Positions 19,036 to 27,268 of a stretch of 50,483 nt of DNA are shown here, in pieces (position 1 is the stretch's first letter; each line of letters starts with the position of its first letter). A program made the position numbers and the translations under genes. This DNA is from Actinomycetota bacterium (GTDB lineage Bacteria; Actinomycetota; UBA4738; HRBIN12). Below the pieces are notes generated by a model. That model searched no databases. It saw only the letters and a program-made list of their open reading frames with translations, and was not told where the DNA came from. Location: contig JBDUEF010000002.1 in NCBI GenBank assembly GCA_040002535.1, positions 1 through 50,483 of the forward strand, written 5' to 3'.

Positions 19036-20007
19036 CTATTTCGCATAGCCGTGCAGCGACACGATGAACAGATTGACGGCGTAGTAGGTCACCAGGAGCG
19101 AGACGAAACCCACCAGCGCCACCACGGCCGCGCGCGTGCCCTTCCACCCGGAGGTGGCGCGGGCGTGCAGGTATCCCGCGTAGATCACCCAGGTGATGAA
19201 GGCCCAGGTCTCCTTCGGGTCCCAGCCCCAGTAGCGACCCCACGCCTCCTGCGCCCACACGGCGCCGGCGATCACCGCGAAGGTCCAGATCGGGAAGCCG
19301 ACCGCGATCGTGCGGTACGCCATGCGGTCCAGCACGGCCGAGGGCGGCAGCACGCCTCGGCGGCGGCGCGCGGTGGTCTCGCCCACGGGATCGTCGGCCC
19401 CGGCCACGAAGTGAGGCGGATCGGCGAGGTCCTGCGAGGCGCCCATGACCGGCGGGACCGGCCGGCTCCCCAGCGCCGCCGCCTCACGGCGCTCGGCGGC
19501 GGCCTTCACCAGGTACAGGATCGTCAGCACACCGCCCCCCAGGGCATACAGCGACGATCCGACGATGGCCGCCAGCACGTGGATCTTGAGCCAGTACGAG
19601 TTCAGCGCGGGCACCAGGGGACCGGGCGCCACGTAGAAGCCGAAGATACGGGCCACCCCCATCGTCACGGCGGAGAAGATCAGTGGGAAGGCGCCCAGCG
19701 TGCGGACCTTGTACACACCCTCAACGATCACCAGGTAGCCGAGCACCACCAGGAAGGCCAGCAGTGACGAAAACTCCCACATGTTGCCCCAGGGCACACG
19801 TCCGGCCGCCACCGTTCGCGCCACGATCGAGGTCAGGTGCATCCCCAGACCCACGACCGTCACCGCGCGGGCCGCCGCCCACGCTGCGTTCGTGCGGAAG
19901 CCCAGATAGATCGCATAGCCGACCATGGCGACCAGGTAGGTGAGGACCGCGGCGTCGAACAGACGGTCGGACAGGCGAGCCCATTGGAGGGTCGTCATCG
20001 CCGTCAT
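19036..20007 (-). CDS. resC: cytochrome c biogenesis protein CcsA/ResC (system II haem handling)
   Basis: 323 aa from MTAMTTLQW. ATGA overlap with the resB stop. Trp-rich motif WAQEAWGRYWGWDPKETW. Confidence 0.92.
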   Translation of the reverse strand: MTAMTTLQWARLSDRLFDAAVLTYLVAMVGYAIYLGFRTNAAWAAARAVTVVGLGMHLTSIVARTVAAGRVPWGNMWEFSSLLAFLVVLGYLVIVEGVYKVRTLGAFPLIFSAVTMGVARIFGFYVAPGPLVPALNSYWLKIHVLAAIVGSSLYALGGGVLTILYLVKAAAERREAAALGSRPVPPVMGASQDLADPPHFVAGADDPVGETTARRRRGVLPPSAVLDRMAYRTIAVGFPIWTFAVIAGAVWAQEAWGRYWGWDPKETWAFITWVIYAGYLHARATSGWKGTRAAVVALVGFVSLLVTYYAVNLFIVSLHGYAK

Positions 20008-21566
20008 CGTGCTCCCGCCCTCTCCGGCTCCACAGCCACGGGCTCCCCGCAGACCCGCGCCAGCTCGTCGACGAGCTTGGCGAACTCCTCCTCGAACTGC
20101 TCCTTGCGTTGCAGAGCGAGCCCGCCGACGCGCAACAGCGTCGCGTCGCCGTCGGGCTTCGCGCGCACCCAGACCTTCCGGCGGGACGTGTAGAGCGCCG
20201 GCATGAGTCCGAGCAGGATGAGGATAGCGGCGACCAGGACGATCCACACACCCCGGTCGCGGCTCACCTGGAACACGCTGTACTGCCGCAGCTCCGGGAA
20301 CGAGACCGTGAGCATGCCCCCGTTGCCGTCCTCACCCAGCTCCTTGGTCTGTCCCTGGCCGACGAACGCGTCCTCCCAGGTGGTCATGGTGGCCGTCTCC
20401 AGCCCGCTCAGCGAGGGGCTCGTGAGGGAGCCTCGGTAGGCCTGGATCGTGATGAAGGGATCGTGCGCCTCGGTCATGGGTACGGGCTGACCCGTCGCCT
20501 GGAACCGGAGGTACGCGTAGAAGTCCGGCCACAGGATGACCTCCAACCCCACCTGCGGATCCAGTGACGGCAGCTTCACCACGCCGCGCCATGGGAGTGC
20601 GAGCTGGCCCACGCCCTCGGGCGCGGGATCCTGCGTGAAGATCACCGGCCCGTCGAACAGCACGCGGTCCCCGTCCCTGATCGTGATGACCGGTGCCCAG
20701 CCATAGCCGTACTGGAAGATCCGCACGCCGTTCACCTCGGCGGGATGGTTCACGCGGACGTCGGTGTGGCCGAGCGGGTTCCCCTGGGCGTCGGCCAGCT
20801 CGATCCGGGACACGAAGTCCATGGGCTGGCCGGTGCGGCGATAGCTATCGGCGAAGTCCAGGAGCCCCACCTGGGTGCCGCTGAAGTCCCCCGAGAAGAA
20901 CCGGCCGGTTCGGATCTGGCCGTCGTAGTTGGCGCGCGCGTCGGTCCACGCCTCGCCTTCCACGATCGCCGTGCGGCCCGTGAAGCCCGTCCCCTTGCCG
21001 TACACCGCCCCCACCAGGATGAGCAGGAACGCCCAGTGGAAGAGCAGGCTGCCGAACTCTCGAGCGATGCCCTTCTCCGCCGCCAGCGCCCCCGGCGCTC
21101 GCTGTACCCGAAACAGTTTGCGGCGCAGCAGCTTCTGGCTCAGGGCGATCGCCATGTCCGGCTGCGCGCTCACGCGCCGCTGCGCGTACTGCGGGAAGGC
21201 GTCCAGCTCCCGGGCCTGCACGGGCGGTTGCCGGATCGTGCGGAGGTGAGCGCGCGTCCGAGGCAGCAGGCACGCCACGAGGGAGACGAAGAGCAGGGTG
21301 GCGATGAGGGCGAACCACCACGATCCGAACACGTCGAAGAACCCGGCTCGCCGGAAGAACCCACCCCAGAACGGGTGCTCGACCTGGTAGCTCGCCGCCC
21401 GCTCGGGCGAGTTGGGGATCTGCGGGATCAGCGAACCCACCACCGATGCCATCGCGAGCAGGAAGAGCAGGATCAGGGCGGTCCGCATCGAGCGGAGGGT
21501 TCGCCACACCAGCGCCAGGGACTGGCGAGGGGTCATGCGCGCCCGGACCGGTGCGGAGGTGGACAT
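20004..21566 (-). CDS. resB: cytochrome c biogenesis protein ResB/Ccs1
   Basis: 520 aa from MSTSAPVRARMTPRQS (ATG 21536 is an alternative start). ResB-like N-terminus LRSMRTALILLFLLAMASVVGSLIPQ, a large extracytoplasmic domain and a C-terminal TM segment. Confidence 0.88.
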   Translation of the reverse strand: MSTSAPVRARMTPRQSLALVWRTLRSMRTALILLFLLAMASVVGSLIPQIPNSPERAASYQVEHPFWGGFFRRAGFFDVFGSWWFALIATLLFVSLVACLLPRTRAHLRTIRQPPVQARELDAFPQYAQRRVSAQPDMAIALSQKLLRRKLFRVQRAPGALAAEKGIAREFGSLLFHWAFLLILVGAVYGKGTGFTGRTAIVEGEAWTDARANYDGQIRTGRFFSGDFSGTQVGLLDFADSYRRTGQPMDFVSRIELADAQGNPLGHTDVRVNHPAEVNGVRIFQYGYGWAPVITIRDGDRVLFDGPVIFTQDPAPEGVGQLALPWRGVVKLPSLDPQVGLEVILWPDFYAYLRFQATGQPVPMTEAHDPFITIQAYRGSLTSPSLSGLETATMTTWEDAFVGQGQTKELGEDGNGGMLTVSFPELRQYSVFQVSRDRGVWIVLVAAILILLGLMPALYTSRRKVWVRAKPDGDATLLRVGGLALQRKEQFEEEFAKLVDELARVCGEPVAVEPERAGAR

Positions 21567-21610
21567 GCGGCGCGTCGATTCTACGGTGGTCCGCGCTGAA
21601 GGAGGGGCCC

Positions 21611-22333
21611 CTACAGGCCCGGGGCGTATCGGGCCAGGGGCGCGAACAACCGCGTGAACTGCCCGCTGAGCATGAGGATCCCGACCGCCACCAGAAGGAC
21701 GCCGGAGACCAGCGTGATGGGTGCGTAGTGGCGCTTGACCCAGCCGAACGCCCCCATGAAGCGGTGGATGCCGAGCCCCACCAGCAGGAACGGCACGCCG
21801 AGGCCGAGCGAGTAGCAGAGCAACAGCAGCATGCCGCGCCCCACGCCCCCCTGCGAGGCCAGGCCGAGGATGCCCCCCAGCACCGGCCCGATGCATGGCG
21901 TCCACCCCGCCGCGAACGCCATCCCCAGCGGCGCCGCCCACGTAGGGCCGGGCCTCACCTTCCCCAGGAAGGGTCGCCGCTCGGCGTACAGACCCGCGGA
22001 CCCGAGTCCCAGCGTGAACACCAGCAACACCACACCGAACGCCACCACCACCCCGCCGGCGATCCGCTGGCCGGTCACTCCCTGCACCTTCGGCACCAGC
22101 TCCGCGCTGAAGGCGCCCAGCAGCGTGAAGACCAACGCGAACCCGCCGATGAACAGCAGGATGGGGAGCAGTGGCCCCCGGTCGTCCTCGGCAGCGCGCT
22201 CCCCGGTCACGAACGAGATGTAGCCGGGGACCAACGGGAAGACGCACGGGCTGGCGAACGAGACGACCCCTGCCAGGAACGCGAGCGCCGGCGCCCACCA
22301 TGCGGTGAGATCGGATGCGACGGCCAGCGGCAT
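21611..22333 (-). CDS. ccdA: cytochrome c biogenesis thiol-reductant transporter CcdA (DsbD family)
   Basis: 240 aa. Conserved Cys in FASPCVFPLVPGY and GWTPCIGPVLG. Confidence 0.93.
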   Translation of the reverse strand: MPLAVASDLTAWWAPALAFLAGVVSFASPCVFPLVPGYISFVTGERAAEDDRGPLLPILLFIGGFALVFTLLGAFSAELVPKVQGVTGQRIAGGVVVAFGVVLLVFTLGLGSAGLYAERRPFLGKVRPGPTWAAPLGMAFAAGWTPCIGPVLGGILGLASQGGVGRGMLLLLCYSLGLGVPFLLVGLGIHRFMGAFGWVKRHYAPITLVSGVLLVAVGILMLSGQFTRLFAPLARYAPGL

Positions 22334-22452
22334 TCGGAGCGGGCTCCTCTCACGGGCTCGGCCCGGTCACCGGGCAGTCTACGGAGCGAGGGGTTTCGCG
22401 GCGCACGACACTGGGTTGCGAGAATGCTGCCCACCCCTCATGATGGGCTCGC

Positions 22453-22470
22453 TTGTGAACGGATTCACAA
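22453..22470. promoter_or_regulatory. Rex operator, perfect palindrome TTGTGAA-CGGA-TTCACAA
   Basis: Read directly from the sequence. It lies in the 211-bp divergent intergenic region between ccdA (start 22333) and the b6-type cluster (start 22545). Confidence 0.85.
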
Positions 22471-22516
22471 ACGGTCCGGCGCGCCGCGGGAGGGCTCCAC
22501 CGACCGATCGGCTGGC

Positions 22517-22522
22517 TATAAT
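22517..22522 (+). promoter_or_regulatory. candidate -10 box TATAAT upstream of the b6-type cluster
   Basis: An exact TATAAT, which stands out in this GC-rich context, 22 nt upstream of ATG 22545. No convincing -35 was found. Confidence 0.35.
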
Positions 22523-22544
22523 CCCGCCCGAACACCACGACCAC

Positions 22545-22946
22545 ATGGCACAACTCCAGGAACGACTCGCCGGCAGGATCGCTCCCGTCAAGGAGCGGGG
22601 CGAAGCCTTCCAGAAGCGCTTCGATTGGACCTGGACGAACGCGGTTCTCTTCTCCGTGGGCTTGATGTTCTTCCTCCTGATCACGGTGGCGGTGATCCCA
22701 TCCTTCTGGCTGTACTTCGCCGACCAGAAGCTGCTGTGGGACGGCGGTGCCCCGCATAAGATCCTTCCCTTCCTGCCCTGGACGCTCGACGGCTTCTGGC
22801 TGAAGGAGATCCGTGACGCCGTCGCCATGGGTCTGTCCACGGTTCCGCTCGTGGCGGTCCTTGTGGGGGCGGCGGCCATGCAGAACTGGCGCCGCAAGCT
22901 GCGTGGGGCCTCCAGCGACTCGCGGCCGACGGGCGGGTACCGCTGA
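22545..22946 (+). CDS. small membrane protein (2 predicted TM segments), first gene of the b6-type cluster
   Basis: 133 aa from MAQLQERLAG. The stop overlaps the ferredoxin ATG (TGATG). The longer track ORF from 22305 would read through the Rex operator and the TATAAT box. I recognise no family. Confidence 0.7.
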   Translation: MAQLQERLAGRIAPVKERGEAFQKRFDWTWTNAVLFSVGLMFFLLITVAVIPSFWLYFADQKLLWDGGAPHKILPFLPWTLDGFWLKEIRDAVAMGLSTVPLVAVLVGAAAMQNWRRKLRGASSDSRPTGGYR

Positions 22947-23341
22947 TGCCGTTCACGAAGACGGAGGTCGACATCCACACCGACTACGTCCTGGAGTCGG
23001 TGGACCCCGCGTGGCTCGCACAGGGAGTGAAGTCGCCGAAGCACCTGATGCTCGATCCCGACAACTGCATCCTGTGCCGGGCGTGCGAGGACGTGTGCCC
23101 ATGGAACTGCATCTACATGCTGTCCCCGGGGATCGCCGAGAGCGCCGAGTCCGAACCGGTGGAGGCCGAGGTGGCAAACGCGAACGCGATCTTCGTGGTG
23201 GACGACAACGCGTGCACCCGCTGTTCGGTGTGCGTGGACCGCTGCCCCACCGACACGCTGTACTATGCGCGACTGCCCGAGGGCGCGGGCGGCAAGCGGA
23301 AGATGGCAGAGGTCCCGGCGTCCCAGGCGGCTGAGGGATAG
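22946..23341 (+). CDS. 2x[4Fe-4S] ferredoxin (dicluster, NuoI-like spacing), no signal peptide
   Basis: 131 aa. Two CxxCxxCxxxCP motifs, CILCRACEDVCP and CTRCSVCVDRCP, separated by an acidic insert. Confidence 0.9.
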   Translation: MPFTKTEVDIHTDYVLESVDPAWLAQGVKSPKHLMLDPDNCILCRACEDVCPWNCIYMLSPGIAESAESEPVEAEVANANAIFVVDDNACTRCSVCVDRCPTDTLYYARLPEGAGGKRKMAEVPASQAAEG

Positions 23342-23376
23342 TCGCCGGGATGGGCTGGTAGAGAGGGGATGTTGGG

Positions 23377-24147
23377 TTGAAGCTGAAGCCGCCGTCACCC
23401 AGTGAGCTGGGTGACCGCATCCGCGAGACCGAGGTGTGGAAGTCCATCTTCCGGCCCGGTTCCGTCTTCCGCAAGGGCTACAAGGACACGTCGCGCGACC
23501 GAGCGCTCGCCACCATGAACAACGTCCTGTACCACCTGCACCCCGTGAAGATGAAGCGCCACGGGCTGAAGCTGACCTACACGTTCTGCCTGGGCGGCCT
23601 CTCGTTCTTCCTGTTCATCCTCCTCACGATCACCGGCATCTTCCTGATGTTCTTCTACCGGCAGATGGCGGAGCTGGGATCGGCCCAGGCCTTCACCGAC
23701 ATGCAGAACATCCGCACGTCGATCTTCTTCGGGGACCTGGTGCGCAACCTCCATCGCTGGGGTGCCCACCTGATGGTGTTCAGCGTGTCGCTGCACATGG
23801 CGCGCGTCTTCTACACCGGCGCGTACAAGCCCCCACGTGAGTTCAACTGGGTGGTCGGCGTGATCCTGCTGTTCCTCACCCTCGGCCTGTCGTTCACCGG
23901 GTACCTGCTCCCCTGGGACCAGCTGGCGATCTGGGCCGTCACGGTCGGCACCAGCCTCGCGGGCTACTCGCCGTTCATCGCCAAGCAGGCGAACTTCCTC
24001 CTGCTGGGCGGCGCGGTGGTGGGGCCCGAGACGCTGCTGCGCTGGTACGTGCTGCACGTGCTGGCGTTGCCGTTCGTGCTGGTGATCTTCCTTGCGGTCC
24101 ACTTCTGGCGGATCCGCAAGGACGGCGGCATCTCGGGACCACTGTAA
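23377..24147 (+). CDS. cytochrome b6-type protein (cytochrome b N-terminal four-helix domain)
   Basis: 256 aa. TTG start with GAGAGGGGA 8 nt upstream. His pairs in helices B (NLHRWGAHLMVFSVSLHMARVF) and D (LHVLALPFVLVIFLAVHFW). Also FCLGG, WVVGV and LPWDQ. Confidence 0.92.
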   Translation: MKLKPPSPSELGDRIRETEVWKSIFRPGSVFRKGYKDTSRDRALATMNNVLYHLHPVKMKRHGLKLTYTFCLGGLSFFLFILLTITGIFLMFFYRQMAELGSAQAFTDMQNIRTSIFFGDLVRNLHRWGAHLMVFSVSLHMARVFYTGAYKPPREFNWVVGVILLFLTLGLSFTGYLLPWDQLAIWAVTVGTSLAGYSPFIAKQANFLLLGGAVVGPETLLRWYVLHVLALPFVLVIFLAVHFWRIRKDGGISGPL

Positions 24148-24156
24148 GGAGACGAC

Positions 24157-24978
24157 GTGGCTGGACGCGAAGAGACACCGATGGACCAGGAGATCTTCGA
24201 TACGACGCTGCAGGCCGAGCTGGCCAAGGGCACGGATCGTCGCGTGGCGGAGGGGCGCGCCAAGTCGGCAGGCGTCCGCGCCTACCGGACCGCCCATCCC
24301 GATGAGGTCGCAGCAGCTCCCGCCGCCGCCGCGGGGGCGCCCGCAGCGGCCGGCGGTTCGCCCGCTCCCGGGCCGGCCGCGGCAGCTCCGGCCGCAGCCC
24401 CTGCCGTGGCGGCGGTGACGGCGGCGGCGGTCCGCACCGCGCCCGGTCCCACCGGCAACGTCCCCGAGCCCAAGCGCGGCGCGCCGGAGAAGCACCGCCT
24501 CCTCGCGTTGGTGCCACCCGAGGGCATCCAGCGCGTGGAACGGGAGCAGGGCGACCGCATCAACGTGTGGCCGCACCTGCTCATCGAGGAGATGGTGGCC
24601 ATGTTCCTCGTCCTGGCCGCCCTGGTCCTGTTCTCCACCTTCGTCAACGCACCCCTTCGCGAGCTGGCCAACCCCAACCTCACGCCGAACCCATCGAAGG
24701 CGCCCTGGTACTTCTTGGGACTGCAGGAGATGCTGCGCTACTTCCACCCCATGGTGGCCGGCATCACCATCCCCACCTTCATCCTGGTCGGGCTGGCGGC
24801 CATCCCCTACGTGGACCGCAACCCCAGCACGAAGCCCGGCGATCGCAAGATCGCCATCACCATGTTCACCATGCTGTTCATGTTCGGCGCCACGCTCACC
24901 ATCATCGGATCGTTCTTCCGCGGCCCCGGCTACAACTGGGTCTGGCCGTGGTCCCAGGGGGTGTTCTTCGAACTGTGA
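24157..24978 (+). CDS. cytochrome b C-terminal domain / subunit IV (PetD-like) with a long N-terminal extension
   Basis: 273 aa. GTG start with AAGGAG 5 nt upstream. Three TM segments. Qo-site motif position reads KAPWYFLGLQEMLRYF. Residues about 51-99 are an Ala/Pro-rich low-complexity stretch. Confidence 0.88.
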   Translation: MAGREETPMDQEIFDTTLQAELAKGTDRRVAEGRAKSAGVRAYRTAHPDEVAAAPAAAAGAPAAAGGSPAPGPAAAAPAAAPAVAAVTAAAVRTAPGPTGNVPEPKRGAPEKHRLLALVPPEGIQRVEREQGDRINVWPHLLIEEMVAMFLVLAALVLFSTFVNAPLRELANPNLTPNPSKAPWYFLGLQEMLRYFHPMVAGITIPTFILVGLAAIPYVDRNPSTKPGDRKIAITMFTMLFMFGATLTIIGSFFRGPGYNWVWPWSQGVFFEL

Positions 24979-25706
24979 CGCCGCTCGCGATCACCTCCAG
25001 CACCGTCGGCGCGATCGTCGCCATCGTGGTGGTGGACATGTTCGCCGTCGCGTTCGGGCTGTCGTTCCTTCGCGCCCGCCGGGGGCACCAGGCCACCCCG
25101 CCGATGCCAGGCGCCACACCGGTGCCGGCGACGGCAAAGGCCCCGAAGGCGTTGTCGCGCAGGGATTTCTTCCGCAGGTCGCTGCTGACCTCGCTGGCCG
25201 TGTTCGGCGCCGAGTTCGGCCTGGCCTCGCTCGCGATGCTGTGGCCAAACCTGAAGGGAGGCTTCGGCTCCGCCATCAACGCCGGCAACATCGCCGACAT
25301 CAAAGCCGAGATCGAGGACACGAAGGGCCCCGCGTACAACGGAGCCGGCCGCTTCTACGTCGTCCCGTACGCCGGGAAGGCCAGCGGTGACGTCGATTAC
25401 GCGCTGACCGGTGTGACGTCGGGCGGCATCATGCCCCTGTATCAGCGGTGCGTGCACCTGGGATGCCGGGTCCCCTTCTGCGGCTCCTCGAAGTGGTTCG
25501 AGTGCCCGTGCCACGGCTCGAAGTACAACCAGGCGGGCGAGTACCAGCTGGGTCCGGCCCCCCGTGGCATGGATCGATTCAAGATCACGGTGGACGGCGG
25601 CGGAAACGTCACCGTCGACACCTCCGCAGTGATCCTGGGACCCCCGCGAGGGACCGACACGATCAGCGAGCCGCCGCAGGGTCCCTTCTGCGTGGCGCCG
25701 GGCTGA
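24975..25706 (+). CDS. Rieske [2Fe-2S] iron-sulfur protein with Tat signal
   Basis: 243 aa. GTGA overlap with the preceding stop. Twin-arginine motif SRRDFFRRS. Cluster boxes CVHLGC and CPCHGS. Confidence 0.93.
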   Translation: MTPLAITSSTVGAIVAIVVVDMFAVAFGLSFLRARRGHQATPPMPGATPVPATAKAPKALSRRDFFRRSLLTSLAVFGAEFGLASLAMLWPNLKGGFGSAINAGNIADIKAEIEDTKGPAYNGAGRFYVVPYAGKASGDVDYALTGVTSGGIMPLYQRCVHLGCRVPFCGSSKWFECPCHGSKYNQAGEYQLGPAPRGMDRFKITVDGGGNVTVDTSAVILGPPRGTDTISEPPQGPFCVAPG

Positions 25707-25743
25707 CGCAGAGAGCGACGAGGGGAGGTCGGGGACACATATC

Positions 25744-26523
25744 ATGCTCGCACTGTCGAAGGCACTGAGCGTCGTCCTGCTGCTCTCCGGCGCGCTGCTC
25801 GTTGCCATCGCGCTCGCCGCGCTCTTCCTGCGCGGCCGGGCGAAGGAGCGCGGCCCGGACATCCCGGCCGGCATGCGCCCGGGCCCGGCCGACGCCTCTT
25901 TGGAGACACCGCTGCTGCACAAGCTGCAGGGCTGGAGCCTGGTGCTGGTGCTCTTCTTCGCGGTGTGGATCCCGTTCAGCTGGCTGCGCGAGCCCTCGGA
26001 GAACCTCAAGCAAGAGCAGGACCTGCAGACCGAGGCCATCTCCCGCGGGCAGCGCTCGGTGCAGCTGTTCAGCGAGGAGAACCAGGCCGGCGTCGGCTGC
26101 GTCCGGTGTCATGGCGCGGAGTTGCGTGGCAGCGTGATCCAGGCCGGCGTCGATGCCAACGGCGCGCCCGCCTTCGTGGCCACGCCGAACCTCACCACGG
26201 TGTGCGGGGGCCCCAGCACGAACCATCCGCTGATCAAGTCCCTGGACGACATCTACACCACGCTCGAGCAGGGGCGGGGCGTGATGCCGTCGTGGAGCAT
26301 CAAGTACAAGGGCGCCCTGGACGACCAGCAGATCGACGACATCGTCCAGTACCTCGTCTTCATGAGCTCGAAGAACGTGCCCTTCGAGCAGAACGTCTGC
26401 CTCAACCTGGACGCCGCCGACGCGGCCGCGAGCCCCAGCGCCGCCGCCTCCGGCGAGGCCTCTGCATCCCCGAGCGCCGCAGCCAGCGCCGCGGCGAGCT
26501 CGAGCTCGGAGGCGACCCCGTAG
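25744..26523 (+). CDS. membrane-anchored monohaem cytochrome c
   Basis: 259 aa. Two N-terminal TM segments, a single CVRCH haem site, a candidate Met ligand in GVMPSW, and an Ala/Ser-rich C-terminal tail. Confidence 0.88.
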   Translation: MLALSKALSVVLLLSGALLVAIALAALFLRGRAKERGPDIPAGMRPGPADASLETPLLHKLQGWSLVLVLFFAVWIPFSWLREPSENLKQEQDLQTEAISRGQRSVQLFSEENQAGVGCVRCHGAELRGSVIQAGVDANGAPAFVATPNLTTVCGGPSTNHPLIKSLDDIYTTLEQGRGVMPSWSIKYKGALDDQQIDDIVQYLVFMSSKNVPFEQNVCLNLDAADAAASPSAAASGEASASPSAAASAAASSSSEATP

Positions 26524-27255
26524 ATGCGGACCTGCCTGGGCTTCCACGTCGAGTGCGGCACCCTTCTGAAGGGCGCCGGCGTCACCGTCGTCGGCTTCAT
26601 GCTCTTCGTCGGCAGCGTGTTCATCCTGCTGTCGGCCGTGTTCGGGCGCTTGATGGGCTACCTGGTCGTGGCCGTCGCCTTCTTCGGCTGGATGACGCTG
26701 TTCTCAGCCATGTGGCTGTTCGGCTTCTACGCGCAGGGTCCGGTCACGAAGACGAACCTGGGTCCGCGCGGGCTCGAGCCCGCCTGGGTACCCCTGGAGG
26801 GCGGCCTGGAGGTCGCCGACGACACGTATCACACGTTCGCGGCCTATCCGGAGGCGCCCTGGGGTGCGCCGACGACGTCGCAGGAGCCGTCGGTGCTGTC
26901 GGTGACGAGCGTCGTGCAGACCTTCATGGCCGAACAGGCGAACGAGGAGCTGGGGGTGGACGAGACCGATCCCCAGGCGGTCCTCAACACGCAGTTCACG
27001 GTGGACAGCATCCGGTTCGCGCCGGAGAGCGAGGTGTCCCTGGCCGTGGTGACCGCCTACTTCAACGGCGGCGGTCCGCTCACCACCATCACGCTGTACC
27101 ACAACAGCGGCAGCGTCCAGCGGTACTCCCTGATGTTCCTGGGCGGGTCCCTGCTGCTGTTCGCCCTGCACCTGCCCCTGCTCGACCGAGCGGAGAAGAA
27201 GCGCAAGGCCTTCCTGACCGGCGGCAGCGCGCCGCCCTGGTACGGCCCGGCATGA
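26524..27255 (+). CDS. membrane protein of unknown function (2 N-terminal and 1 C-terminal TM segments around a domain of about 130 aa)
   Basis: 243 aa. The ATG immediately follows the cytochrome c TAG (TAGATG). G/C-rich third codon positions are consistent with coding. I recognise no family. Confidence 0.72.
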   Translation: MRTCLGFHVECGTLLKGAGVTVVGFMLFVGSVFILLSAVFGRLMGYLVVAVAFFGWMTLFSAMWLFGFYAQGPVTKTNLGPRGLEPAWVPLEGGLEVADDTYHTFAAYPEAPWGAPTTSQEPSVLSVTSVVQTFMAEQANEELGVDETDPQAVLNTQFTVDSIRFAPESEVSLAVVTAYFNGGGPLTTITLYHNSGSVQRYSLMFLGGSLLLFALHLPLLDRAEKKRKAFLTGGSAPPWYGPA

Positions 27256-27268
27256 GCGAGGAGACGAG

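Noticed and set aside
15906-19767. Plus-strand ORFs of 681 aa and 669 aa opposite ctaD/ctaC/resC. The same applies to 38732-40375, 39308-41326, 42863-44644, 10955-13192 and 22379-23398.
   Set aside because: They have no recognisable domains and an extreme Arg/Pro/Gly/Asp composition. Each is fully antisense or out of frame to a confidently identified gene.
22305-22544. Upstream extension of the first b6-cluster gene (track ORF starting at 22305)
   Set aside because: It would translate through the perfect Rex palindrome (LVNGFTN) and the TATAAT box, and it encodes non-membrane low-complexity sequence. The ATG at 22545 begins the recognisable hydrophobic protein.
26401-26523. Apparent tandem repeat (ASPSAAAS twice) in the tail of the cytochrome c gene
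   Set aside because: At the DNA level it is GC-rich Ala/Ser low-complexity coding sequence, not a discrete repeat unit or mobile element. It is noted only as a flexible C-terminal tail.
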